Of a DNA stretch of 64,000 nt, positions 37,828-47,419 are shown piece by piece (position 1 is the stretch's first letter; the number at the start of each line of letters is the position of its first letter). The notes below the pieces were generated by a model. That model was given only the letters and a program-made list of their open reading frames with translations. It was not told where the DNA came from and made no database searches. This DNA is from Bacillota bacterium (GTDB taxonomy: Bacteria; Bacillota; Sulfobacillia; JABLXB01): NCBI GenBank assembly GCA_013178305.1, contig JABLXB010000001.1:426516-490515 (forward strand), in the 5' to 3' direction. The translations under genes were made by a program, and so were the position numbers.

Positions 37828-39404
37828 ATCTCCCCGAGTGCCTGGTGCGGGCCCCCTCTCCCCACGTTCTCCGGCTGGCAAGGTCGTTGGGTGTCGAGAG
37901 TCCGCAGGTGACAGCCGACGTTGTGAATTCGGTGTCGGCACGGTTGAAAGACGAGCGTTATCTCGCCGGCGTGACTTCGGGGCTTTCCGATGAAGAGCTG
38001 ACCGCGCTGCGCATGGTCGCGTTCTGCGGTGGCGGGTCTGGCATAGTCGTCGAGAAGTGCCACCAGAAACTGAACGAGCTCACCCGCAAGTGGAGGCGGA
38101 ACGGCGCCAAGGTCGTAGAAGCTGTCATAAAGGCCGGTATCGTATACACGGGGCGCGAGAACTACAGGCAGATATATTTCATACCCGCCGACCTGCGGGA
38201 GCGGGTTGCTGGTGTGCTCCTGCCGCCCATCTTGCAGCGGGCGCTGGCGGCGGAGGCCCCGGTGGTTGCGGCCGATCCGGAGCCCCTGGCCCCGGTGAGA
38301 CACGTCCACCTCCTGCTATCGTACGTCAAGAAGAACCAGGTCAAGGTCGCGCAGGGCGGCGCCATGTACAGGCGCGCCCAGCGTGATATCATCTCCTCGC
38401 TCGGCCTGCCGGACGAACTGCCGGACGAGACCGAGTCGTTCCAGGCCGTGCACCCACTCCACCTGTCGTTCATCCTGAACTACTGCAAGCGCCAGGGTCT
38501 ACTCACCGAGAACGAACAGAGGGAGATAGAGTTCTCGCCGAAGGTCGAGGAATGGGTGTCGAAGCCGACCGCGTCGAAGGCGTGGGACATCCTGTCTTTC
38601 CTTCTCGATGAATGGGTCAGGCCGGACCCCGACGTCCAGACGATGCTGGAGATCATGCGCCATGTTCCGGTCGAGGCGTGGGTGCGGTTCGAGCCTCTCG
38701 TGGCCGAGATGGAGCACATCAGCCTCGAGCACTCCTGGCACGCCCTGGAGACCAGGCTCGACAAGGCGATCAGGATGCTGGCGTACGGTGGGATGATCGT
38801 GAGTTCGAGTACGCCGTCGGGAGACGTGCTCAGGCTCGCGGCCCTCGGCAGGGCGCTGCTCGCGTCGAGGCTGCCGCTGAGCCCGGACGGCGCGCCGCTG
38901 GCCGTTGGGGACGACCTGATCGCCGGGCGGGTGGAGAATTCGTTCTTCCTGCAGGGCACCTTCGAACTCCTCGTACCGGCGTCGGTCGACCCGTCGATCC
39001 TGTGGACTCTGGAGCACGTAGCGGACCTGGTCAAACCGGACCAGATGCTCATATACCGCATCAGCCGAGAGTCGATATACCGCGCGCTCTCCGGCGGGAT
39101 GAACGCCTCAGCCATACTCGGGTTCCTCAGACGCCACAGCAAGAACGAGATACCGCAGAACGTGGCCTATTCGATAGAGGAGTGGTCGAAGGGTTACGGC
39201 AGGGTCGAATTCGTGGAAGCGCTGATATTGCACTGTGACACCGAGGAACTCTGCAGCGAGATCAAGGCCTCGAAGAGAATGCAGCAGTATATAATCGGTG
39301 AAGTGGGACCGAGGCACCTCGTCATTAACCGGCAGTACTACAGAGAAGCAGTCGAAGCGCTGCAGTCGGAGGGTTACATGCCTAAACCGGGTATCAGGAG
39401 GTAG
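37824..39404 (+). CDS. conserved XPB-associated (helicase-associated domain) protein of unknown function, translationally coupled to XPB
   Basis: 526 aa. Its GTG start overlaps the XPB stop (GTGA). No recognisable catalytic motif is visible. This is the conserved partner seen next to bacterial XPB genes. Confidence 0.7.
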   Translation: MNLPECLVRAPSPHVLRLARSLGVESPQVTADVVNSVSARLKDERYLAGVTSGLSDEELTALRMVAFCGGGSGIVVEKCHQKLNELTRKWRRNGAKVVEAVIKAGIVYTGRENYRQIYFIPADLRERVAGVLLPPILQRALAAEAPVVAADPEPLAPVRHVHLLLSYVKKNQVKVAQGGAMYRRAQRDIISSLGLPDELPDETESFQAVHPLHLSFILNYCKRQGLLTENEQREIEFSPKVEEWVSKPTASKAWDILSFLLDEWVRPDPDVQTMLEIMRHVPVEAWVRFEPLVAEMEHISLEHSWHALETRLDKAIRMLAYGGMIVSSSTPSGDVLRLAALGRALLASRLPLSPDGAPLAVGDDLIAGRVENSFFLQGTFELLVPASVDPSILWTLEHVADLVKPDQMLIYRISRESIYRALSGGMNASAILGFLRRHSKNEIPQNVAYSIEEWSKGYGRVEFVEALILHCDTEELCSEIKASKRMQQYIIGEVGPRHLVINRQYYREAVEALQSEGYMPKPGIRR

Positions 39405-39810
39405 CCTGGCGCTCGACGGCGACTATCACCGGCTGGAATCTCGACTGCCCCGCGGCGCGCTTGTCGAGCGCGTAGATGACGGGGAACGACAGGGCGAACC
39501 CCGCAAGAGCGAAGGCGACCTTGTACACCCCGCCGGCCACGACCGAGCCCAGGATGAACGCCAGGAGGCCGCCAAGGAGTGGCAGGCCGTATATAATAAG
39601 CGCCGCGTACAGCACGTCGCCCGGCTGGAGCTCGAGTTCCACGACGTCACCCGGCACCGCGCCCGCGTTGTTCCTCACCTGTATCTCCAACTCGTTGGAT
39701 CCCGGAACGACCCGCTGGCACGCCCCGCACTTCGAACAAGCGTCGGTACGCGTCAAACGAACGACGGCAAAGCCATCTTCAACCCGACTGACCATGCCCT
39801 TTTCCCGCAC
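39394..39810 (-). CDS. RseC/MucC-family small membrane protein (CxxCxxC N-domain plus two TM helices)
   Basis: MVSRVEDGFAVVRLTRTDACSKCGACQ followed by two hydrophobic helices. Confidence 0.55.
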   Translation of the reverse strand: MREKGMVSRVEDGFAVVRLTRTDACSKCGACQRVVPGSNELEIQVRNNAGAVPGDVVELELQPGDVLYAALIIYGLPLLGGLLAFILGSVVAGGVYKVAFALAGFALSFPVIYALDKRAAGQSRFQPVIVAVERQATS

Positions 39811-39857
39811 TGGGTTCCCTCCAACGACGGTCCGCCTCGCGCGTCAGCGCCGCGCGA

Positions 39858-40124
39858 CTACCTGGAGAACTTGAACAGCACGTCGACGAGCTCGTCGATG
39901 ACGTCCTGCGAGTCGTCCTTCTTGAGCGCCTCGGCGACGCAGCCCTTCACGTGCGATTCCGAAATCATCATGCTAACCCGCTTTACTCCCTGGCTGATAG
40001 CTGCGAGCTGGGTAAGCACGTCGATGCAGTAACGATCGTCCAGGATCATCCGCTGGACACCGCGCACCTGCCCCTCGATCTTCCTCAAGCGTTGTAGGAG
40101 GTCCGCCTTATTGGCCTCATACGA
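39858..40124 (-). CDS. csoR: CsoR-family metal-sensing transcriptional repressor (Cu-type C-H-C ligand pattern)
   Basis: Core motif LLQRLRKIEGQVRGVQRMILDDRYCIDVLTQ...SESHVKGC carries the Cys...His-x3-Cys pattern typical of Cu(I)-CsoR. The likely start is the GTG near 40124 (GAAAGGTGG Shine-Dalgarno); the ORF-track start at 40247 is upstream. Confidence 0.8.
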   Translation of the reverse strand, partial: SYEANKADLLQRLRKIEGQVRGVQRMILDDRYCIDVLTQLAAISQGVKRVSMMISESHVKGCVAEALKKDDSQDVIDELVDVLFKFSR

Positions 40125-40187
40125 GCTCACCGGAGTCAAACCACCTTTCGGGTTGTGTAATCTGCAAATCACGCTGCGCCGCGAATT

Positions 40188-40205
40188 GTACCGTACCCAG
40201 GTAGC
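40188..40205. promoter_or_regulatory. GC-rich pseudo-palindrome TACCGTACCCAGGTAGCG overlapping a TACAAT -10 element upstream of csoR; candidate CsoR operator
   Basis: The core TACCCAGGTA (TACC..GGTA) resembles known CsoR operators (TACCC-N-GGGTA type). Confidence 0.3.
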
Positions 40206-40265
40206 GTTAGTTAGAATCATCATATACTGGTGCTGGGGGCCAGTCAACAGGCTAAGCCAGCCGGG

Positions 40266-40694
40266 CTACTTCCTCAGGAGAAGCCAGGCTCCGATCGAAA
40301 GCATCCCTACGCCGGCCAGCCTGAGCGGGTGAAACGGCGCGCGTTCGAGGCCGAGTACGCCGAAGTGGTCGAGCGCGGCGGCCGTCAGGACCTGGCACGT
40401 GATGATGGCCGTGGTGGCCCGGCACGCCCCTATCCTGGAGACCGCCCACGCAACGAAATAGACGATCGCGATGTTCAGCGGCCCGCCAAGGTAGTAGAAC
40501 CATTTGACGCTCGTGAATTTGCCCGAGGAGGCTTCCCGGATGATGAGGAGCAGGGGGACCATGGCGGTTATTGCTGCGAGGTGTACAGCGAAAGTGGCCT
40601 TGAGCATCCCGACTGCTTTACCCACCCCCGAATTCAGGACGCCCTGAAGGGCCATAAATGCCCCGGCTATGCCCGCGACCATTATGTGAATCAA
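40266..40694 (-). CDS. small DMT-superfamily membrane protein (YdcZ/DUF606-like)
   Basis: 142 aa with 4-5 TM helices; the sequence has an EamA-like character. Confidence 0.5.
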   Translation of the reverse strand: MIHIMVAGIAGAFMALQGVLNSGVGKAVGMLKATFAVHLAAITAMVPLLLIIREASSGKFTSVKWFYYLGGPLNIAIVYFVAWAVSRIGACRATTAIITCQVLTAAALDHFGVLGLERAPFHPLRLAGVGMLSIGAWLLLRK

Positions 40695-40751
40695 GGCTGG
40701 ATGCCCTCCCCGTTAGACTTACGGCTAAAGTGTCCCTTTGCCGCCGGGCCC

Positions 40752-41237
40752 CTATTCTCCCTCGAAAAAACGCCTGGCGCCGGGGTTCCTGCCGAGGAAC
40801 CGGAGGAGCGGGTAGCCAAGCGCATAGCACGCAATCGCTTCGCCGATTGCGATATTGAGGGCGACCGGCAGGTACGGCATATCGCTCAGCTTGCTCACAT
40901 AGGCCGATACCACCAGGCTGTTGATTATCACCGGGGGCAGTGGAGCCGCAAGATCCCGCGGCATCCTCGAGGTGAGATACGCTGCGGCGAGCGTGGCCCC
41001 AGCGCCAAGCGTGAGGTCGTAGACAAGAAACGGGCTCGCCAGGTTGGCGAGAATGCAGCCGGCCCACAGGCCCGGGATCGCGTCGCGGGTCAGGAATGGG
41101 AGGACCGTGAGCGCCTCGGACACGCGGACCTGTACAGGCCCGTAGCTCAGTGACGAGAACGGCGGAGCTAACGTCAGGACGGCGTAAACCGCCGCCACCA
41201 GAGCAATCCGGACAAGTCGCCTGGGACTCAGCTTCAT
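40752..41237 (-). CDS. QueT-family transporter (ECF-type S component for queuosine precursors / 7-deazapurines)
   Basis: 161 aa hydrophobic protein with a QueT-like N-terminus. The start overlaps the purD stop by 4 nt. Confidence 0.55.
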   Translation of the reverse strand: MKLSPRRLVRIALVAAVYAVLTLAPPFSSLSYGPVQVRVSEALTVLPFLTRDAIPGLWAGCILANLASPFLVYDLTLGAGATLAAAYLTSRMPRDLAAPLPPVIINSLVVSAYVSKLSDMPYLPVALNIAIGEAIACYALGYPLLRFLGRNPGARRFFEGE

Positions 41238-42508
41238 CCTATCCCCCTCAGTCCGATGTCGCTGCGGTACTGGGCCCCGTCAAACCGTATTTCCCTCACA
41301 GCATTATAGGCGACTCCGCGCGCGGCCGCCAGTGTTTTCCCCACCGCCGTGACTCCGAGGACGCGGCCGCCCGAGGTGACGATCGAGCCCCCGGGGCCGG
41401 AGGAAGTGCCCGCGTGGAAAACCAGCGCGCCAGCCGCCGTAGCCCTGTCGAGACCGTGAATGACCTTACCCGTTTCGTATTTCCCGGGGTATCCGCCCGA
41501 AGCCATCACGACGCAGACAGCGGCGTCACTCGACCATTCGACCCGTTCGCGCGAGAGTCTTCCCTCGATGGCACCCATCAATACCCTCGCCAGGCTGGTC
41601 TTCATTCTCGGCAGCGCAGCCTGGGTTTCGGGGTCACCGAACCGCGCGTTGAACTCCAGCACCATGGGGCCGCGGGGGGTCAGCATCATCCCGGCGTACA
41701 ATACCCCGGTGTACCTTATGCCTCGCTTCAGGAGCTCCCTGAGGACGGGCGTGATGACGGTCCGCCCGATTTCGTCGAGCAATGGCGCGGGCACCACGGG
41801 TACCGGGCTGTACGCCCCCATGCCGCCGGTGTTGGGCCCCTGATCCCCGTCAAACACCCGCTTGTGGTCCTGGACGGGCTGCATGAGTATCGCCGTCTCG
41901 CCGTCTGCTATCGCCATCACGGACGCCTCCGGGCCCTCCAGATAGTCCTCCACGACGACGCGGAGGCCCGCGTCCCCAAACACGCGCCTTTCCATAATAT
42001 CCTCGACAGCCGTCATCGCCTCACTCACGGTGACACAGACGCACACTCCCTTGCCGGCTGCGAGACCGTCGGCCTTGACGACGATGGGAGCGCCCCTCGA
42101 GGATATGTACGCGCGGGCTCGCGCGGGGTCGTCGAACAGCTCGTACTTCGCGGTGGGCACTCCGCTCGCCGACATGACGTCTTTGGCGAACGCCTTGCTA
42201 CCCTCGATCATGGCTGCGGCCCGGGTTGGGCCGAACACCCTCAGCCCCGCGGCTGCGAACCGGTCGGCCAACCCCGCCATGAGCGGCGCCTCCGGTCCGA
42301 CAACGGTGAAGTCGACGCCCTGTTGAACAGCCCATGCCGCGAGTCTGTCGACGTCCCCCACACTTATGTCGACGCATTCGAACTCGCGGGCTATACCAGC
42401 GTTGCCGGGCGCGCAGAACACGCGGCCGACCTCGGGGCTTCCAGCCAGCGCCCAGCAAAGCACGTGTTCACGCCCACCGCCGCCAACCACCAGCACCTTG
42501 AGTCCCAC
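41234..42508 (-). CDS. purD: phosphoribosylamine--glycine ligase
   Basis: N-terminal KVLVVGGGGREHVLCWALA and an ATP-grasp domain. Likely GTG start after GGAGGTGG; the longer N-extension in the track overlaps purH. Confidence 0.9.
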   Translation of the reverse strand: MGLKVLVVGGGGREHVLCWALAGSPEVGRVFCAPGNAGIAREFECVDISVGDVDRLAAWAVQQGVDFTVVGPEAPLMAGLADRFAAAGLRVFGPTRAAAMIEGSKAFAKDVMSASGVPTAKYELFDDPARARAYISSRGAPIVVKADGLAAGKGVCVCVTVSEAMTAVEDIMERRVFGDAGLRVVVEDYLEGPEASVMAIADGETAILMQPVQDHKRVFDGDQGPNTGGMGAYSPVPVVPAPLLDEIGRTVITPVLRELLKRGIRYTGVLYAGMMLTPRGPMVLEFNARFGDPETQAALPRMKTSLARVLMGAIEGRLSRERVEWSSDAAVCVVMASGGYPGKYETGKVIHGLDRATAAGALVFHAGTSSGPGGSIVTSGGRVLGVTAVGKTLAAARGVAYNAVREIRFDGAQYRSDIGLRGIG

Positions 42509-42575
42509 GCCTGTCCACCTCCGCCCGCGTTGTGCTCCGGCGGGCACCGCAGTACGCCCCGCCCGGCCGTTCAAA

Positions 42576-44138
42576 TCAATGCCTGAAGTGGCGTATTCCG
42601 GTAAAGACCATCGCGATTCCCGCGTGGTCGGCTGCGGCTATTGACTCCGTGTCGCGGACCGAGCCGCCGGGCTGCACGATGGCCGTAACCCCCGCTGTCG
42701 CAGCAGCCCCAACCACGTCCGGGAACGGGAAGAACGCGTCGGACGCCATCACTGATCCCCGCGCACGATCGCCAGCAGCCTCGATTGCGATCCGGGCGGC
42801 GCCTATCCTGGACATCTGGCCGGCTCCTATCCCGACCGTCTGCCCGCCCCTCGCCAGGACGATGGCGTTGGATTTGACGTACTTGCACACCTTCCAGGAG
42901 AACGCGAGGTCCCCGGCCTCCTCCGGCGTGGGTCTCCGGGTCGTAACGCAGCGCCAGGCGGCGGGGGTGTCCGCAGTTTGATCGGATTCCTGGATCAGGA
43001 GGCCGCCGCTGACCTTCTTCAAATCGTATGACGGGCGCCGCTCCACCCCGCCGGGAGCGGGGAGCCGGCCTGTGGCGAGCACCCTGATGTCCTTTTTCTT
43101 GAAGAGGATATCGGTGGCCGCGCCATCGAACTCCGGCGCAAGCAGCACCTCGATGAACACCGGCGAGAGGAGCTTCGCGGTCTCGGCGTCGACCGGCCTG
43201 TTGAGCGCGACTATCCCCCCGAATATGGACACGGGGTCGGCATCGTAGGCGTGCGAGAAAGCCTCGGCAGGGGATGAGCCCAGCCCGACGCCGCAGGGGT
43301 TCGCGTGCTTCACCGCCACCGCCGCCGGCCCATCGAATTCCATCACGAGCTCGAGTGCGGCATTGGTGTCGTTGATGTTGTTGAACGACAGCTCCTTGCC
43401 GTGAAGCTGCCGCGCCGTCGCGAGACTCGGGGCCCTGGCGAACGGTTCCCTGTAGAACGCGGCCTTCTGGTGAGGGTTCTCGCCGTATCTCATGGCCTGG
43501 ACCTTCTCGAAACCGAGGGTGAGTTCGTCAGGGAGATCGAGTGGACCGGTCCCGGCGCCCGCGATGGCCACGAGGTAGGACGAGATCAGGGCGTCGTAGT
43601 GGGCGGTGTGGGCGAAAGCCTTGACGGCGAGCCTGAGCCGCGTTTCCCTGGCGACATCGCCGGAACCGCGGATCTCCCTCAGGATAACCTCGTAGTCGCG
43701 CGGGTCGCATACCACGACGACGCCTTCATGGTTCTTGGCGGCGCTGCGCAGCATCGAAGGCCCGCCGATGTCGATGTTCTCGATGACTTCCTCGAGCGGT
43801 ACCCCTTCGCGCGAGGCTACCTCCCTGAAGGGATACAGGTTGACGACCACTATGTCGATGGTTTTGATGCCCTTTTCGGCTATCTGCTCCATGTGGGAGG
43901 AAAGATCGCGACGCGCCAGGAGCGCCGCGTGTATGCGCGGGTGGAGTGTCTTCACCCTGCCGTCGAGGATCTCCGGAAACCCTGTCTCGTCCGAGACCTG
44001 CCTGACCGGTATCCCCGCAGCGGCAAGCGCCCTGGCGGTCCCGCCGGTCGAGAGTATCTCGATGCCGAGGTCATTCAGCGCCCCCGCGAACTCGATGAGC
44101 CCCGTCTTGTCGTAAACGCTGATAAGCGCGCGCTTCAC
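42576..44138 (-). CDS. purH: bifunctional AICAR transformylase / IMP cyclohydrolase
   Basis: Starts VKRALISVYDKTGLIEFAGAL immediately after the purN stop. The 83-codon Arg-rich N-extension in the ORF track is read-through of purN in another frame. Confidence 0.95.
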   Translation of the reverse strand: MKRALISVYDKTGLIEFAGALNDLGIEILSTGGTARALAAAGIPVRQVSDETGFPEILDGRVKTLHPRIHAALLARRDLSSHMEQIAEKGIKTIDIVVVNLYPFREVASREGVPLEEVIENIDIGGPSMLRSAAKNHEGVVVVCDPRDYEVILREIRGSGDVARETRLRLAVKAFAHTAHYDALISSYLVAIAGAGTGPLDLPDELTLGFEKVQAMRYGENPHQKAAFYREPFARAPSLATARQLHGKELSFNNINDTNAALELVMEFDGPAAVAVKHANPCGVGLGSSPAEAFSHAYDADPVSIFGGIVALNRPVDAETAKLLSPVFIEVLLAPEFDGAATDILFKKKDIRVLATGRLPAPGGVERRPSYDLKKVSGGLLIQESDQTADTPAAWRCVTTRRPTPEEAGDLAFSWKVCKYVKSNAIVLARGGQTVGIGAGQMSRIGAARIAIEAAGDRARGSVMASDAFFPFPDVVGAAATAGVTAIVQPGGSVRDTESIAAADHAGIAMVFTGIRHFRH

Positions 44139-44761
44139 CAACGCCCGTCGCCTCCGTCTCTCCGTATCCTCACACGGCGGCCTTCCACTATCAGCCTGCC
44201 TCCGGCGTATAATCTGATCGCCTCGGCGTATATCCGGTGTTCCTCTTTGAGGATCCTCGCGGCCAGCGTCTCCGCTGTGTCGTCGTCGAGCACCGGCACC
44301 GCCGCCTGCAGTATTACCGGCCCCGAGTCCACGCCTTCGTCGACGAAATGCACGGTGCACCCGCTGACCTTCACCCCGTACCTCCACGCCTGCTCCTGCG
44401 CGTCAACCCCGGGGAACGAAGGTAACAGGGACGGGTGTATGTTGATTATCCGCCCCTTGAACCTCCCGATGAAGGCCGGACCCAGCACCCTCATGTATCC
44501 CGCGAGGCAGACCAGGTCGACTGAGCGGCGCTCGAGCTCCGCGGCTATCGCCCCCTCGAACGCGCCCTTTGACCCGAACGCCCGCCGGTCGATGAACACT
44601 CCCTCGACTCCCGCCCGCCCCGCCTTCTCCAGCGCCGGCGCGGACGCGACGTCGCTGATCACCACCGCGACCCTCGCGGGGATCGTTCCATCGCGGCAAC
44701 CGTCGATTATAGCCTGCATGTTGGTGCCCCTGCCCGAAACCAGGATTCCGAGACGAAGCAT
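44135..44761 (-). CDS. purN: phosphoribosylglycinamide formyltransferase
   Basis: MLRLGILVSGRGTNMQAIIDG plus the folate-binding motif HPSLLPSFPG. Confidence 0.9.
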   Translation of the reverse strand: MLRLGILVSGRGTNMQAIIDGCRDGTIPARVAVVISDVASAPALEKAGRAGVEGVFIDRRAFGSKGAFEGAIAAELERRSVDLVCLAGYMRVLGPAFIGRFKGRIINIHPSLLPSFPGVDAQEQAWRYGVKVSGCTVHFVDEGVDSGPVILQAAVPVLDDDTAETLAARILKEEHRIYAEAIRLYAGGRLIVEGRRVRIRRDGGDGRW

Positions 44762-44819
44762 TCTCTCCAAACGCTCTACCCCCAGTGGCCGCAGCCGCTC
44801 CCGGCGCCCCTCGGGGCCC

Positions 44820-45932
44820 CTAGATGTCGACCCCGGGATCGCCCGCCCGCACCTCGCCGATGAGCGCAGCGGGAAATCCTCTTGACGACAGGAACTCCAC
44901 ACAACGGCCCGCCTGGTCGGGCCGGACGACCGCCACCATTCCGATGCCCATGTTGAACACCCGGTACATCTCTTCCCGGGCGATGCCGCCGAGCCTCTGG
45001 ATGAGGCGGAACACGGGGGGGACTTCCCACGAGTTCAGGTTGATGGCGGCCCTGCAGCCCTCGGGCAGGATCCTCGGAATGTTATCGAAGAAACCGCCCC
45101 CTGTGACGTGTACGAGGCCCAGCACGTCCACCGCGCCCGCGTCGAACATCTCGGCGAGAACGCGGGAGTATATCCGAGTGGGCTCGAGCATCTCTTCGCC
45201 CAGCGTGCGACCGAGTTCATCGACGTGAGAGTCGAGCCGCAGCCGCGCCTCGTCCAGCAACACCCGCCGCGCCAGGCTGTAGCCGTTGCTGTGGAGCCCC
45301 GAGGACATCAGTCCCACGATCGCGTCCCCGCGCCTTATCCGCGAGCCGTCGATCATGCCGCCCTTCTCGACCACGCCGACGGCGAAACCCGCGAGGTCGT
45401 ACTCGCCCGCGGCGTAGAACCCCGGCATCTCCGCCGTCTCGCCGCCGAGTAGCGCGCAGCCGGCCATCACGCAGCCGTCGGCGACGCCCTTGACTATACT
45501 TTCTATCACCGCGGGTTCGAGCTTGCCCACCGCGAGGTAATCCAGGAAGAACAGCGGCCTCGCCCCTTGCACGATGACGTCGTCCACGTTCATCGCCACG
45601 CAGTCGATCCCGATGGTATCGTGGATCCCTGTGGCGAACGCTATCTTCAGCTTCGTCCCGACGCCGTCGGCTCCGGCCACGAGCACAGGTTCACGGTACT
45701 TCCCCGGCTCGAGTGCGAACAGGCCTCCGAACCCGCCTATGTCCCCGAGCACCCCGGGTATGTACGTCCTCCGGGCGTGTGGAGTGAGCCTCCGCACGGC
45801 CTCGTTGCCGGCCTCGATGTCCACACCCGCCCGCGTGTAGCTGTCGCCGGGACTCCGGCCTCTTCCGCAGTCCCCGCCGCCGGGCCCGGCGCCGGCCGGT
45901 TTGACCCACGAACCGTACGGGCGCTCGCTCAT
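44820..45932 (-). CDS. purM: phosphoribosylformylglycinamidine cyclo-ligase
   Basis: The PurM N-terminus carries [15 protein letters not shown]. It starts MSERPY directly after the purF stop. Confidence 0.9.
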   Translation of the reverse strand: MSERPYGSWVKPAGAGPGGGDCGRGRSPGDSYTRAGVDIEAGNEAVRRLTPHARRTYIPGVLGDIGGFGGLFALEPGKYREPVLVAGADGVGTKLKIAFATGIHDTIGIDCVAMNVDDVIVQGARPLFFLDYLAVGKLEPAVIESIVKGVADGCVMAGCALLGGETAEMPGFYAAGEYDLAGFAVGVVEKGGMIDGSRIRRGDAIVGLMSSGLHSNGYSLARRVLLDEARLRLDSHVDELGRTLGEEMLEPTRIYSRVLAEMFDAGAVDVLGLVHVTGGGFFDNIPRILPEGCRAAINLNSWEVPPVFRLIQRLGGIAREEMYRVFNMGIGMVAVVRPDQAGRCVEFLSSRGFPAALIGEVRAGDPGVDI

Positions 45933-47419
45933 CTCGCCCCACCCCCGCCCACAGCGCGCGGAACGGGCTCCTCGAGCGCGAACTTCCCTGAGGCGCATTC
46001 CACGTCGACCGGGTACCTGCCTGTGAAGCACGCCGCGCAGTGCGGGGCCGCGTCATCGCAAGTCGCACCCCTGCGCGACGTCCGGACCGCGCGGCCGCAT
46101 ACGCCCTCGAGGAGCTCTTCCAGGGTGAGGTATCTCAGGCTGTCCGCACCAACCATGCGCTCTATTTCCTTGACCGACTTCGTGGCGGCCACTAGTTCGG
46201 ATTTCGACGACGTGTCGATCCCGAAGTAGCACGGGAACCTGTATGGCGGCGAGCTTATCCTCAAGTGGACCTCCCTGGCCCCCGCATCCCTCAGCAACCG
46301 GACGATCCGGCCCGAGGTCGTGCCCCTGACTATCGAGTCGTCGACCAGCACGACCCGCTTTCCGCTGACGACTTTCTTGAGCGGGTTGAGTTTGAGCTTG
46401 ACGCCGAGGTCTCTCGTCTTCTGGGCGGGCTGGATGAACGTACGCCCGATGTACCTGTTCTTGACCAGGCCCATCTCGTAGGAGATCCCCGCCTCCTCGG
46501 CATAGCCCGTTGCGGCCGATATGCTCGAGTCGGGGACGCCGGTGACGAGATCCGCATCAGCAGGGTAGTTCCTTGCCAGAATCCTGCCAAGATCCTTCCT
46601 CACCGAGTGGATGTTGAGACCCGCGAGGTCTGAGTCAGGCCTCGCGAAGTAGATGTACTCGAATATGCACAGCGCCGGTCGCCCCTGCGGGAGCGCCTGG
46701 CACGACCTGAGACCGCCTTCGTCGACTACGACCATCTCGCCCGGCTCGACGTCCCTCACCATCTCCGCCCCGACGGCGTCGAACGCGCAACTCTCCGACG
46801 CCAGCACGTAGCACCCGTTGAGCCTGCCGATCGAGAGCGGTCTTATGCCGTTGGGGTCCCTGACACCGATAAGGCGATCCCTGAACAAAAACAGGAGGGC
46901 ATAGCCCCCCGTTACCTGGTTCAATGCTTCGTTCACCGCATCCTCCTCGCGGTCCGCTGTGGACCTCGCGTAGAGGTGCGCGATCACCTCGGTGTCCAGC
47001 GTGGTCTGGAATATGGAACCTTCCCTCTCTAACAATTGCCGCAACTGGAACGCGTTGACGAGGTTGCCGTTGTGGCAAAGCGCCACTGACGACCCCCTAC
47101 AACGCACGAGTATCGGCTGAGCGTTCGCGAGCAGCGTCGTGCCCGTGGTAGAGTAGCGAACGTGGCCGATCGCCCTGTCACCAGGGAGTTCCGCCACCAC
47201 GCCCTCGTTGAAGACGCCCGAAACCAGCCCCATACCCTTGTGGAGATGGAGCGAGCAGCCGTCGCCGGCAACGATGCCCGCGCTCTCCTGCCCGCGGTGC
47301 TGCAGGGCGTACAGCCCGTAATACGTAAGCCTGGCGGCTTCGGGGTGGCCGAACATCCCGAAGACCCCGCACTCCTCGCGCGGCCTCAAGTCCGCCGCGC
47401 CGGCCGGCAGGCCGGTCAA
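45929..47419 (-). CDS. purF: amidophosphoribosyltransferase (Ntn type with propeptide)
   Basis: CGVFGMFG catalytic Cys after a propeptide of about 17 aa. Probable TTG start overlapping the purL stop (GGTTGA). PRTase domain present. Confidence 0.9.
   Translation of the reverse strand: MTGLPAGAADLRPREECGVFGMFGHPEAARLTYYGLYALQHRGQESAGIVAGDGCSLHLHKGMGLVSGVFNEGVVAELPGDRAIGHVRYSTTGTTLLANAQPILVRCRGSSVALCHNGNLVNAFQLRQLLEREGSIFQTTLDTEVIAHLYARSTADREEDAVNEALNQVTGGYALLFLFRDRLIGVRDPNGIRPLSIGRLNGCYVLASESCAFDAVGAEMVRDVEPGEMVVVDEGGLRSCQALPQGRPALCIFEYIYFARPDSDLAGLNIHSVRKDLGRILARNYPADADLVTGVPDSSISAATGYAEEAGISYEMGLVKNRYIGRTFIQPAQKTRDLGVKLKLNPLKKVVSGKRVVLVDDSIVRGTTSGRIVRLLRDAGAREVHLRISSPPYRFPCYFGIDTSSKSELVAATKSVKEIERMVGADSLRYLTLEELLEGVCGRAVRTSRRGATCDDAAPHCAACFTGRYPVDVECASGKFALEEPVPRAVGGGGAR

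Noticed and set aside
44139-44387. Long Arg-rich N-terminal extensions given by the ORF track for purH (and similarly purC 51529..51702, purM, purN, rlmD, gatC, csoR, mmdC, mmdD).
   Set aside because: The extensions overlap the upstream neighbour's coding sequence in another frame, lack homology, and conserved N-termini with Shine-Dalgarno sequences begin further downstream. Starts were therefore trimmed.
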